From Lama glama (taxonomy: Eukaryota): a stretch of DNA of 64,000 nucleotides. Under the pieces are notes generated by a model, which saw only the letters and a program-made list of their open reading frames with translations, did not search any database and had not been told where the DNA came from. A program made the position numbers and the translations under genes. Shown here piece after piece: positions 33,418 through 46,075 of the stretch (the first letter of the stretch is position 1; the number at the start of each line of letters is the position of its first letter). The stretch spans positions 13,952,001-14,016,000 of the forward strand of contig CM052818.1 in NCBI GenBank assembly GCA_028534125.1, written 5' to 3'.

Positions 33418-36400
33418 CTGGTCTGTGAGTGTAACCTAATCAGTAAGTGGTTCCCCTAGGCACAGCACTCTTCTGGGTGCTGCGACAGCTGGAGCCTGTG
33501 AGGCTTCGCACCGGCGGAGAGCAAGTTTATACTCCAGGTAGGGAGGCGACAGTAACCCCACAGGTGATGTACGTCAAGTCCTCAGAAGTCTTAATGGGGT
33601 TCAGAAAGGACAGAGAGATGGATGGAGACCAGAGCTAAGACCAGGACCCCTACAGTGGAGTCTTAGATATTTGGTGGCTCAGCCTCTTACCTCTTGCCTG
33701 TCTTTAGAGGATGGAGTTACCTGTATGGTATCCACATCATTTTCTTACTTGTTCATACTGCCATTTCTCTATCTCAGCCTTCTCTGATGAGGTAGCTGTA
33801 ATCTGGGCAAAATAGGCCTTTGGCATCTTCCCACCTTGATTTCTTCTGTTCCTGTCTCATTTCTTCACGCTGTTGTTTCCCCTTTCCAGACACGATCTTT
33901 GTTTTCTTCCCACGCCCTGCCCTACTTTCCCGGTTCTCAGGCTCGCAGCCTCCCTCCCCCTGCACGCCTGCTGCCCGTCTGAACATGTGCTGCCCAGGCA
34001 GGAGTCTGTTCCCTCTCCTTCTACTCACTTCTCCCTACAAACTAACTACTCCATGCCCTTCACTTCTTGGCTTTGCTTTGCATTTTCCCAGATGAGAGTG
34101 AATTATCTGATATACTTATTTGCTTGTCAAACATTTGTCATTTGTGGTCAAAGTGCTGTGAAAGGCACTGCAGAGAAGTAATGTGATAAAGAGTCACCTT
34201 TCCAGGAACTCAGAACAGACTGTTGACACTTAATTTTTCTGAAAATATCCCAAGACTTTCTGAGGAAAAAAATAATAAAAGAGAACTTTGAGCCCTAGTG
34301 TTATAAAAACTTCACTTATATTCATAATTATATATTAAGAGGGGAGACAGTGGGTGATCCTACCACTCTTAGGTGGAGCGGGAACTTACTGTGGGGCAGA
34401 GAAAATGTACATTCCTGTCCATCCTGACCTTGGACATCAGCTCATGGCTGGTGGGAGTAAGATATGGGAAGGTATCATTCAGTACCCTCTTGTCTGGCTC
34501 TGGGAATACTTTGTGCCCCTGCAGACAGAGCTTTAAATGGAGAAATGAGATTTCCCTGGGAGTTTGGAGGAGTATCACAGGAACTATCATCACTGGTGAA
34601 AGAAGCTTCCCCTCCTGTGATGAGCAAAAACTCAGGAGCAGAAACTGTGAGATGGGGCCCACAGTGGACAAGAGGCCAGGTGGAGGCAGGGCCCTGGTCC
34701 CCCACTGCAGCAGCCGTGAGCTCTGTGGGCTCCTCTGCACCTGAGGTGGCAGCCAAGAGTTACAGGGGAGGACCATCTTCCTCCTCTTTTGAGCAGTGAA
34801 GTCAAGGAGTGCTTTGGGAATGGTGGGGACTTAATGGGGAGCATAGACTTCCAGGAATGACTCTGGGTGGAGAATTAGGACTCAAAGACATTACAGTTGT
34901 GTCCTTAACTGTTTTTCCAGACTTGGGTTCAGAAAACAAAGATTAGGTAAAGAAGAACGAACTATGCCCCTTGTCCTCAGAGAGAATCACGCTGTGATGG
35001 GTGGTTACGGAAGTGGACATATATGCACATAATCCAGGAGTGATGAGTAAGGAGAGAAAGTATGAGAGTGAGCTGAGTATGGGACTGGCTGACCTCAGTG
35101 ATCTGAATGTGAAGAGGAGTGTTGCGCCTCGTTGGAAATCCCTTACAGTGATGGATGATATTTGGTTCTCTTTGTGGCATAGATGCTCCCAATACTGCAG
35201 ATGAGGTGATGAGGACTGAACCTCCCTCATTCACTCTAATCAGAGGAGCTCATTCATGTCCTAGATCATTTTCTTACCTGTTTGTACTGAGCCCTCTCCA
35301 TCCTGGTCTTCTCTGCCCAGCACAGAGGTAAATGCTCATCGTACCAGAGAATTAAACTTATCAGGGTTCAGTTAAAACCAGCTGTCCTGGGCGGGTGGTG
35401 CTGTGACCACCGCTCAGGACACTCTCGTTCCATAAAGCTGGCTTCCGCATAGGTGGTGAAGAAGCACTGAAGACCAGGGATGGCAGGGATCATACAGATA
35501 GCCAGGTACAACTTCCCTCCTCTCCCACCAGAAGAATCTGAGGTCCAGTGAAGAGAAGATCTTGCCCAAATTCAAAGCTGTAGGACCAGGAAAAAAACCC
35601 CCAGGTCCTCCAATTGCTATGTTACAGAGTTAACTCTTCTGCAGTGTAATCTTAGAATATAGTACTCTCCAGCTAGACAGGGGTATAGCTCTTGACTCTA
35701 GGAGACCTTTGATAAAATGTGAAATGAAGCCATGCATTAAGTGCCAATCATCAGTAATACTTCGGTGTGGATAGTGATAGCTTTCTCTTACATCCACCAA
35801 GCCAATAGGATAGGATTTAATACTCATGTATCTACTCACTGGTAAAAAACCTCCCCCCTTCTTTCCTCCTTCTGCTCTGCCCTAAAGCACATACCCATCT
35901 GGGTTAGGGTAGCATCTTTGTTAGTGATTAGCCTAGAAGAACACCATGTTGACTTTCCTCTTTGGACCATGTCAGGATTTGCTAGACAAGGCAGATCTTT
36001 GGGCCTTTCCTGTGTCTTTCTAGTTGCCATTTCTGTGATGGAAATGAAACTGGGGATGTTTCAGACTAAATCCCATAATGCCTCATTCCTCTTCACACCT
36101 AGGAGACCAAGAGTGGAAGAGAAAAGCTATGAGACATTCCTTCTGACAGCCAATGGGGTCACTGATGGCTAAAGTGATAAGTGTCTGTAGAAAAACGGAC
36201 ACTAAGAAAATGAATTTAGAGGGTTAAAAACTCCATTCTAGAGCTTTATACATGACATGCTTTATCTGGTAACTTAAACTTTTGAGGTTCCTTCTTCTCC
36301 TGTGAGGAACATGGGTCCTGTGGTTCATCTCCCTTAGCCCCCACTGCTGGTAGGTGAGAAATTAGCCGCTTTGATCAGATCTCACCACTGAACATACACC

Positions 36401-36571
36401 CACTATTCCCACTGCCTGGGTTAATTCCTTCTCTCCTTACGCATTCCTTTGCTTACATATCTTCTTACAGAATTATCGACTGTTTGAGTTGATCAAATAA
36501 AGACAGTGAAACCCACAGCTCTGATCAACTCACTTCCCTCCTCAAAACAGTTGTCAGCTGTTGACTGACTG

Positions 36572-36758
36572 TAGTGGTCGTTTCCAATGAGGGTCCCTGG
36601 ACCAGCAGAATCAGCATTACTGGGGCGCTGGGTGGAAATGCGGATTCCTGGGTCCCACTGCAGACCCACTGAATCAGACACTCTGCAGGTGGGGACCAGA
36701 AAGCTGCACTTTTACAAGCCCTCCAAGGGCTTTTGATGCATATTTGATGAGCACTGGA
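36572..36758. mobile_element. MER5A-like MITE
   Basis: 'ggtccctggaccagcag...gaaatgcggattcctgggtcccac...cagacccactgaatcagacactctg...ttttacaagccctcca'. Confidence 0.85.
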
Positions 36759-37543
36759 CCACAGTATGAAGCACTGCCTGAACTTGCCATGGGAGGGATG
36801 TCATATTAAAGCCCCCTGTTCAGCCTCCTGGTGTGCCCCTGTACACACTCCGTACTCAGGGTAAACAAAAGGGGCCCTGCATTTTCATGCCTTCCTGCCT
36901 TTACTCAAGTGGCTCCTCTGCCTGGAGTTCTCCCCTTCCAGACCCCATATATCTGTCTACCCAGTTCTTTACCTAAAAGCTTTGCCTGCCTTAAATGCTG
37001 GTCAGCATGTTTCTGATGAGGGATATTTTTCAGTTTCAGAAGTGAAGGTGGTTCTCTCCAGTCATCCACGGGCCCATTAAACACTCTAATAGAACCCCAG
37101 CAGCACTGGACAGTTTCTCCAGATGTCAGTTTGCAAGCATTCTCTGATCAGTACATAGGTTAACTAACATTTGCACATTGTTTTCCTTCTGGGAGCCTCC
37201 AAAGCCAAGTGTTGTGACAGAAGAGAGGATGATTCAGTCCAGAACTGATGGGTAAACAGGATACAAAATCCGATACCACTGATGTGAGCAATGAACAATA
37301 CTGACAACCTATATTTAAATGGCATGAGTCTTGATGATTATCTCTTGAGGCATCTATCCAGCCTCCCAAGCTGAATGCATCCTCAGGATGTGCAACTCAT
37401 TCTGTTAATTTAAGCACTGGGAAACCGTGGTGGGCTTGTAAAAAGTGTATACCGTAAGTACATGATATTCTGAGCAATGTATTCACTTCTGCCAGGTTTC
37501 GTGTGCCAAACTGACCACTTTAATCACATAAACTGCAAAGAAA

Positions 37544-38616
37544 ATCAAAACTACAATGAGGTATCACCTCACGAACTAGTCAGAATGACCATCATTAAAA
37601 AGTCTACAAATAATAAATGCTGGAGAGGGTGTGGAGAAAAAGGAACCCTCCTACACTGTTGGTGGGAATGTAAATTGGTACAGCCACTATAGAGAACAGT
37701 ATGGAGGTTCCTTAAGAAACTGAAAATAGACTTACCATATGATCCAGCAATCCCACACCTGGGCATATATCTGGAAAAGATGAAATCTCTAATTGAAAAG
37801 ATACATGTACCCCAATGTTCATAACAGCACTATTTATAATAGCCAAGCCATGGAAGCAACTTAGGTTGCTTAATATATATATATTTAAGAAGTTGTGGTA
37901 TATATACACACATTATATATGTATACAATGAAACATTACTGAGCCGTAAAACACAATGAAATAATGTCACTTGCAGCAACATGGATGGACCTAGAGATTA
38001 TCATACTAAGTGAACTAAGTCAGGCAGAGAAAGACAAATATCATATGATATCACTTATATGTGGAATCTAAAAAATGACACAAATGACCTTATTTACAAA
38101 ACAGAAAGAGACTCGCAGACATAGAAAACAAACTTATGGTTAACAGAGGGGACAGGGGGTAGGGGAGGGATAAATTAGGAGCTAAGGATGAACAGATACA
38201 CGCTGCTATGTGTAAAATAGATAAACAACCAGGACCTACTGTATAGAACAGGGAACAATATTCAATACCCTTATATAACCTATAATGGAAAAGAATCTGA
38301 AAAAGATTATATATATGTATGTATAACTGAATTACTTCGCTGTACACCAGAAACTAACATGACATTGTAAATCAACTACAGTTGAAAAAAAAAAGAAACA
38401 AAGGGGGAAGGATATAGCTCAGCAGTAGAGCACATGCTTAGCAAGCACAAGGTCCTGGGTTCAATCCCCAGTACCTCCATTAAAAATAAGCAAAAAAATA
38501 AATAAGCCTAATGACCTCCCCCCTCAAAAATTAATTTAAAAATTAATTTAAAAACTACAATAAAAAAAAACAGAAACAAAGAACATAAAGAACAAAACCC
38601 AAAAAACCCCACAAAC
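37544..38616 (+). mobile_element. 5'-truncated L1 (~850 bp plus A-rich tail) with 12-bp TSD
   Basis: ORF2 end and 3'UTR: 'aatcaaaactacaatgaggtatcacctcac...tgctggagagggtgtggagaaaaaggaaccctcctacactg...cattgtaaatcaactaca'. TSD actgcaaagaaa at 37532-37543 and 38617-38628. Confidence 0.93.
38403..38530 (+). mobile_element. Camelid tRNA-derived SINE (Vic-1-like) inserted in the L1 tail
   Basis: gggggaaggatatagctcagcagtagagcacatgcttagcaagcacaaggtcctgggttcaatccccagtacctcc: A and B boxes, then an A-rich tail and 'cctaatgacctccccccc'. Confidence 0.88.
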
Positions 38617-40499
38617 ACTGCAAAGAAATTTTACTTAATAATCATAAACTCTCAGCTAATCTCTGTAGGAAACTGATCAAAATGATGTCTACCAACATGA
38701 TCCCCTCTGTCTTCGAGGTGTCACTCATTAGGTCTGTAGCCATTTGCTGCTGTGGGGGAACCAGGCAACCCCTTCCTGTACAAATGGATGATAATGACTA
38801 ACATGCCTTGCTTCCTCTGCAGGCTGCTGTGAAGATTAACTGGATCTAGGTCCCCCTGTAAACGGCAAAGTTTAGTGTAAATATTAGCTGATATTGTTTG
38901 GACCACCCACTCCCTTCTGCCTCCTCCAAAGCCAGAAATCTGATAGTTTCACTCGACAAACTGAAAAATCATTCTTCTTATGGTTATGTCATAAATAATC
39001 AGTTAGTCCTGGAATATGACCGTAGGTGACTGGGGCATAGTTGAAAACAGTCACTAGCTTTTAATGAGATGTTGTGATTAGGATGTGGAAGGAGTTTGAA
39101 AGAGCAAATTTGATTTAAACAACTATGGTCCTCGGGCTGTTCTCTTTGTTCACAGACTTGTGGGCTTGTTGAATTGGGGGGTACTATAGATGGGAGCCAG
39201 TCTAACCTTTCACACTCCAGAAATACATGCCACAGCATCCCTGACAGACGTCAGCTTGCTCTTGCCTCGACATCTCCAGAGTTGGGTGAGCTCATCCTTT
39301 CAAAAGCTCATTCCATTGTTAGCTATTTCCAGTTGCTGGAACATTCTCTCAACCTTTAAGATAAAATCTGCTTCCGTTTTCTTCCAACTATTGCCCTTCA
39401 TTCTGAGCTCTGACAACGCACAGAAGGCTGCTCTTCTCTGTGTGCCAGGGCTTCCTCAGGAAATAATGCCCAGCTGGCGGGCTTCTCTCTGAACTAAACA
39501 TCCGTCTGGTAACTTTCCTTTGTTCATGTGGTTTCCAAAACTGCCTCCCAATCCTGGTCCTTTCTCTGTGTGAGGACCATGCATGTTTACAGTGTGATTG
39601 TTGGGGCACTCAAACTGGCAGGGAGCACTAGCTCTTTGATGGTCTTATAATATGGCAAACTTCCCCCTCCTCCCTAGCCCCCTTACTGCAGCGCCCAACT
39701 CGATTCAAAAAGAGTCCCAATGGTAACTGACCCTCCTAAGCCCCAAGGCTCTAAGGAAGGAACCAAAACAGTGACACTGGGCAACCAGAGCAGCCGGATT
39801 CTGTCCGTTACGCAGAGTGAATTCCACTGGTGTAGTTCCTACTGATCATCTCTTTGTCCAAAGTGATGGCATTCTTCCCAATATCCTATAGACATGTTTC
39901 AGCAGCAGACAGTGTAGGAAGTTGGATGCTGTGATAAAATGCAACAGGCAGACCGATTGAAGTTTAAATACGGCTCTGCCCCTTAAGCAATTTACCTAAC
40001 ATCCCGGATTCTTTGTTTTCTCACGAATAAAATGAGAACGATCATTCCTACTAAGTTAACCTGAGGGGAACGCAGTGATATTTCCAAAACAGAGCCTGGC
40101 TCACAGGAGGTGCTTATGAGTACACTCTGGTGCTCTTAGCAAGTGGACTCTTGTTGAGATTTCCTTTCCATTCTCCTCCCTCCAAAGCAGCCCGGTTCAA
40201 GATGTTTAAGACCTTCTGGTGTGGTGATAAGCGCACCACAGAATTTAACGCAAGGGGCAGCAAAATTTATTTGCAAAGGCCCAGGGGTAATTACTTTAAA
40301 TTTACATTTAAATAGCCACATGTGTCTGGTGACTATGTATTGGACATTGAACGTAGCAACCTAGGAGCATGTGAGTTAGAATTGTGGCGAAAAAAGGCTG
40401 AGCTCAGTTGGTGGATTGAGTAATAGTCTAATAAGCAGTAGGGAACCATTTCAAGTTTTCCAGTAGGGGAACAGCAAGAAGAGAAGCGTGGGGAGTGCC

Positions 40500-40705
40500 A
40501 ACAGCCGACCGCCTTGTACAGGGTAGTCAGGTAGCTCAGCCTTTGTGGGTCACACAACCACTGTCACAACCACTCAGCTCTGCTGTTGTGGTGCCAACGC
40601 AGCCACAGACATTATGTGAATGAATGGATGTGGCCGTGTTACAATAAAGCTTTATTTCCTAAAACAGGCAACAGGCTGCATTTGACCTGTAGTTGGTCAG
40701 CCCTG
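40500..40705. mobile_element. MER58A-like hAT-Charlie MITE
   Basis: 'caaccactcagctctgctgttgtggtgccaacgcagccacagac...gtgttacaataaagctttattt...agttggtcagccctg'. Confidence 0.8.
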
Positions 40706-40719
40706 AGTCTAAACTCCTG

Positions 40720-41500
40720 TTTCCTTCCTTCCTTTCCTTTCTTCCTTCCTTCTTTCCTTCCTTCCTTTTGGTAAAAACACTTAACAGGAGATCTACCCTC
40801 TTAACAAGTTTTAAAGTGCATAATACAGTAGCGTCAACTATTGTCACCACATGTACAGCAGGTCTCTAGAACTTATCCATCTTACATAACTGAAATTATA
40901 TTCCTGTTGAACAGCAACTCCATTTCTCCCTCCTCTCAGCCCCTGGCAACCACCATTCTACTCTCTTAAGTCTATGAGTTTGACTCTTTTAGGTCCTCAC
41001 ATCAGTGAAATCGTGCAGTAGCTGTCCTCTGTGAGCAGCGTCCTTCACTTAGCATAACGACCTCAAGGTTCTTCCACACTGTTGTCAACAGTTGAAAGTG
41101 AAACTTTCCTTCTGGCATTTGGCAGGAATTCCTTCTTTTCTGAGGCTGAAAAATGTCCCCTTGTATTTACCACACTTTCTTTATCCAGTATCCACTGGTG
41201 AGCATTCAGGTTGTTTCTACGTCTTGTGCATTCCGAGTAACGCTGCAGTGAACATGGGAGTGCACATAGCTCTTTGAGATCCTGCTGTCAATGCTTTGGG
41301 ATAAATACCCAGAAGTGGGGTTGTTGGATCATATGCTAGTCCTGTCTTTCAATTTTTTGAGGGACCTCCATACTGTTTTCCGTAGCAGCTACACCATTTT
41401 ACATTCCCACCAACCGTGTTCAAGCATTCTGATTTCTCCATATCCTTGCCAACATTTGTCTTTTGCTTTTTTGATAACAGCCATCCTAACAAGTATGAGG
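40720..41500 (-). mobile_element. L1MA/MB-type 3' end with (TTCC)n tail-derived microsatellite (40720-40767)
   Basis: 'aaaacacttaacaggagatctaccctcttaacaagttttaaagtgcataataca...tctctagaacttatccatct...acattcccaccaacc'. Confidence 0.88.
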
Positions 41501-42957
41501 TGGTTGTAGTCTTATTTTCTGATCTCAGCCCTGGGGACCTGCTTCTGTTGCTTTCATCTTCCCAAGAGCATCTCTCTCCCACCCTCCCAGCCTCTAGGAT
41601 TCCCTCTGGGCTCACTAAGCACACAGTCCCAAAATCTGTCTGAAGATTTGCTTCAAATGCTTGTATCTCCGAGAGGGGCAAGGACCTCTATCCACCGTCC
41701 CTGAGAGAGGAGGTGGGGGGTGTGTATAAACCCTCAGAGGAGACCCACTGGAGATTTCATTATCACTGGGATACCTATGTCCTGTGTTTCCATTCAGATC
41801 ATCTGTGTGCGACTTGCCCTGATGTATGCTCCCGTGACACCCCACACTCTTGCCTTGTACCATTTAGTTCAGTTACCACTATTTGCATGATGGTCAGTTT
41901 AATCACTATCCCCTCCTCCCTCTGAAGGCAGCGCCACGTCCGAGTTGCTGTACCTGGCTGTATCCCTAGCATCCAGCAGAGTGACCCACACGAGGTACAC
42001 ACTCAACAGATACCTGCTAAACTGATCCATAGAAGCTTTTCAGATCACATTTGCCAGACTTCCTCTTCCTAGCCGTGTTGGGAAAAGTTTGACTTTGAAC
42101 CGTTAATGAATGCCAGGCCTGAAAAACAAGACATAAGGACCCATGTTACAGGCATGGCCTGGACTGAGGCCTACATCTCAGGACTCAGCAGTTTTCTTGG
42201 TAACCATCACTGACACACCTTTTCTGTCTATTTACACCTTGTACGGATTTCTTGGAGGAAGGTGACATTAATAAGAAAGTGTTCCTTTGAAACTCAGGAA
42301 TGGTGATTCATTCAATATTTCCTTTCTCTTCCTCTGAGAAAGGAACTTTTAGAATTTTTGTACATGGTGAAGCTTTTTTATGATTCTTAGATTGGATTTT
42401 GTGAACTAAGTTTTGGAGGACATGAACAGCAGCAGAAGAAAGTTAAGTGCTGAATCCTGTGTTCACAAACCAGGAGTAGAAGTGCAGTCATTTGAGCAGA
42501 TGTGGAGCAGAGAGAGCTGGCGGACTTCCACGAGGCAGGCAGGCAAAGTCCAGGGCAGACAGGCTGCTGGGAGAGTTGCCAGGGCTCAGCCCGGGCTGCT
42601 GCCTCGCTTATACCCCCAGGAGGGTAGAAAGAAGGGTTATCCTTAGGTTACCCAGCAGGGTAAGTGAGGTGGAGGATGGTGGTGGGTAAGTGGGGAGAGA
42701 CGTGGATGACGTGGCTCTTTCCCTGTTACTTTGCTGTTCCAGCCACTAGTGCCCTCTGTGGGTCTCAGTGGAGGGCAGATGCCAAGCCCATGTCCCCTCT
42801 TTCCCACTACGGCCAAGCTGAAGACCCACCCATGGCCCTTGCTACCATAATTTGGCTGCATAACTCCAGTACCCACCTTGCCCCATGAACTCCTGCAGTT
42901 TTAAACAGAGGCTCAATGTAGTCTCCTCATCTTCTCCTTTCCCCTTTGTTTGGGTGC

Positions 42958-43402
42958 TGTCATGGGTTGAATAGCGTTCCCCCAAAGATATGTCCAAGTC
43001 CTAAACCCTGAAACCTGTGAAGGTGCCCTTACTGGGAAAAAAGACCGTTGTAGTCTAATGTAAGGATCTTGAGACGAGATCATCCTGGACTTAGGGTGAT
43101 GCCTAGGTCCAGTGACAGATGTCCTTATAAGAAGAGAAGACACAGATGCAAAGGAAAAGGTTATGTGAAGTCAGAGACAGGAATCAGAGTGACAGTCACA
43201 GCCCAGGCAATGCCACAGGTTGCCCCTGGTGGAGGCATGGAGTGGAATCTCCTACAGAGCCTCTAGAAGGAACCAACCCTGCTGACGCTGACACCTTGAT
43301 TTTGGACTTCTGGCCTCCACAGGTGTGAGAGAATATATTTCTATAGTTTTAAGCCACCCAGTTTGTGGTGATTAGTTTTGGTGGCCCTAGGAAGCCCATA
43401 CA
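42958..43402 (+). mobile_element. MLT1 (ERVL-MaLR) solo LTR
   Basis: 'tgtcatgggttgaat...cccccaaagatatgtccaagtcctaa...gagatcatcctgga...gacaccttgattttggacttctggcctcca...ttttaagccacccagtttgtggt...ataca'. Confidence 0.9.
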
Positions 43403-45914
43403 AGTGGTGATGTGAATGTAGTTTTGAGAAGACTTTTAAGACCTGAGCACATCAACCCCATTGTTATCCTGTCAGCAGCATTGTCTCAGGCAGCCAGGGT
43501 GTGGAAGTGTTGAGGAAAACAGTGCCGGGTCATGTGCTATTAACCACCAGCTCTGGGTTCTCCTCCCCTGAAGCCGGGGTGTCTGTGGCAGATAGCACCT
43601 TCCTTATCCTTATCGGCTGGGAAAATGAGAGAATGAGTATAGAACTCAGTGACCACTGGGCCGGCTGTGGAGAGTAGAAAGGGCAGGCTGGTCATGGGAC
43701 TTTCATATCTCTCTCCTCTCTCCACTCCTTTGCTCCTTGGCATACAAGTGTGGAAAGAACAGTGCCCCCATCCGCAGCAGCTGCCACCAGTTACACTGCA
43801 AACATGGTACCTTTTCTAAATGATACACTCCTCCCTAAAAGGGCAAAGTAAAGCAACATTCAGAGTTAGAGAAAAGATATCCTCTCATTCTCACTACTCT
43901 CTTTGGTTTTTCCCCGTCCCAGGCACCAGCCCTTTCCCCTGACATCAGAACAGTGTGGCTGGAAGCATAAACTGGGTGAAGCAGTGGGTGAGTACGAGGC
44001 ATATGCTGGGGAGATACTCTGGGGAACCCCTAAGGGGTCAGGGAATGGCTCGCTTTGGCTGTTTGGGTTTCCATCACTTAAAAATGATGGAAGTCCTTTT
44101 TGGTGTTGATGTGCAAGAATCTTCATTTGTCCTATTGGCTATTTTAAAAAAAGGTTTCATTTAACAATAAAGAGAGAGATTTTTGGCAGTCACTAAAGGG
44201 TCCAGTGCTACAGCCTCAGCAGAAATATTTATGCCATTTATAGTTGCTTTCATGTCCTTCATTTCATCTGAGTCTCCTAACAGTCATGAGATGAGTGGAG
44301 CAAGGATCATTACTCCATCTTATAATGAGAAAACATGAGGTTCATGACTTGAAGAGGATATAGATGGACAGCAGGAAAATAGTAGGGAATTCCAAGCTTG
44401 GGGAGGAGGGTGGGTTGGGGGTTGAGTGTGAAGGAATCTGGAACAGTGAAGAAATCTTCATGGCATGTGGGTGAAAAGTACACTTGGAGAGTACTGTCAC
44501 TTGAAGAGGTTCCTGGAGTGGCGCAGGGGATGAGAAAATCAAGGAGACCCGTGGTTTGTGGGCCTGAACGTTCAGTAAGCAGTGGATTCAGGTAAAACTG
44601 AGTCTCCTCACCCCAATGACTGCCCACCTTAAAGATGCTTCATCATAATACAATGAATGAACTCTGTCCTCTGCAGTAAAGAGGGGAGGCCGCCGTGGTA
44701 GTCAGTTGTTGGGTCACCCACCCAGCTGTTGGATGGGGTACCCCTCCACAAGGCAACATTTTTGGAAGTGGTGCTTTCGGGCGCTGGGAGGCCTGGACTG
44801 GTGGATGCGACCGTTGGGTTTCTATCTGACTGTGCGGAACCTTGAGAGGAGGGACTTGGCACTTCCACTGTCCCCCGCGGAAGCCTGTCCTCAGCTGGTC
44901 TGACACATCACATTTGCTTTGTGATTTGCACACATAAAATGAATCTCCCCAACGACCCTCTCCCCAGAGCCTCATCAATTAGAACTGCTTTTGTCCTTAG
45001 CCTCCTTTTGTTGACCAGCTTGGAAATTGGTTAGGAGGGAGAAGAAAGGGAAGTTGTCTTTGTGGGCAGTGGCGCTGGAGGGCTGGCTTCTAATGAAGGA
45101 GCCCTGAATGGTGCGATTGTGCTGCTGTTTATATAGTTTTAATTTTAATTTGCATCCGTACCAGGCTCGGCTCCCGAGAGGCATTCGGCTGTGTTTGGAG
45201 CTTTTATCTCCTCCCATAGAGCCAAACCTGCCAGCTTATCATTTGCCTCGAGGAAATTAATGTGCCTCCCCGCCTCCCACGCCCCTGCCGTCATCATGTG
45301 CTGTTGAATTGTTTATACTTCCGTGGAGAGAGAAAGAAAGACTGCACAGAACCGTGGAAGGTTTCTTTCCTCGTGTTCATGGGTCATCTGAGACTTAAAA
45401 GGCTTCCGGAGCCTGGGACTCGGGGAGCCAGCCTTTGCCCTGGATTAAGGCGAGGGTGTGCAGACACAGTGTCAAGGAGCTAAACTGAAAGTGTTAAAGT
45501 AGGAAGTGAGGGAAACGACTTCATTTCCCCTCATCCTGTGCATGGATGGGTAGTTCTTACTCTTGTTCTGCTGTTCCTGAACGTGTCAGCAAAACATGAC
45601 TCAAGAACCAACCCCAGCTCTCTAGCCCCTTGTTAATTAAATTGCAGCTCTGCAGTGTGGCATTTAAGACTCCACAGAACTTAGTCCCTTCTAGTTCTTG
45701 CCGCTTGCTAATAAGAATTTCCAGTTCCTGCGGATGGACTTCCCGTGCCCGCGCTTCTCTCCGCCTGTGTGCTAACGTTCGCTCGGCGTTCCTGCAGCGG
45801 CCGCCTCCACCAGGACGCTCTCTTGGCTTGTCCAGTCCACCCTGCCTCCAGTCCCGTTTATGGAGCCTTCCTCGAGGGCTCCAGCTCACACGGTTCTCTT
45901 CATTCGCTAAGGTC

Positions 45915-46075
45915 CTGGCTGCTCAGGGTGGGTCCCTGGCCTGCAGCCTGGGCCTCCACTCAGAACCTGTGAGACATTCAGACGCTAGCGCTTCACCCAG
46001 AACTACTGAATCAGAATCAGCTTTTGAACCAGACCCCTGGGTACTTCATGGGCACAGGAAAGTTTGGAAGCCCTG
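45915..46075. mobile_element. MER5-like MITE
   Basis: 'ggtccctggcctgcagc...cacccagaactactgaatcagaatc...aaagtttggaagccctg'. Confidence 0.6.

Noticed and set aside
34354..35234. Stack of overlapping 60-135 aa ORFs, considered as a processed pseudogene
   Set aside because: No recognisable protein in the frames I read, and no poly(A) or TSD. A tBLASTx search would be needed to exclude it fully.
38403..38476. tRNA-like sequence (also 5275-5350, minus strand)
   Set aside because: SINE heads with A-rich tails (the 5230 copy also has a TSD), not tRNA genes.
42740..42765. CTCF-like motif (also ~31020)
   Set aside because: Mismatches in core positions; cannot be supported without a PWM scan.
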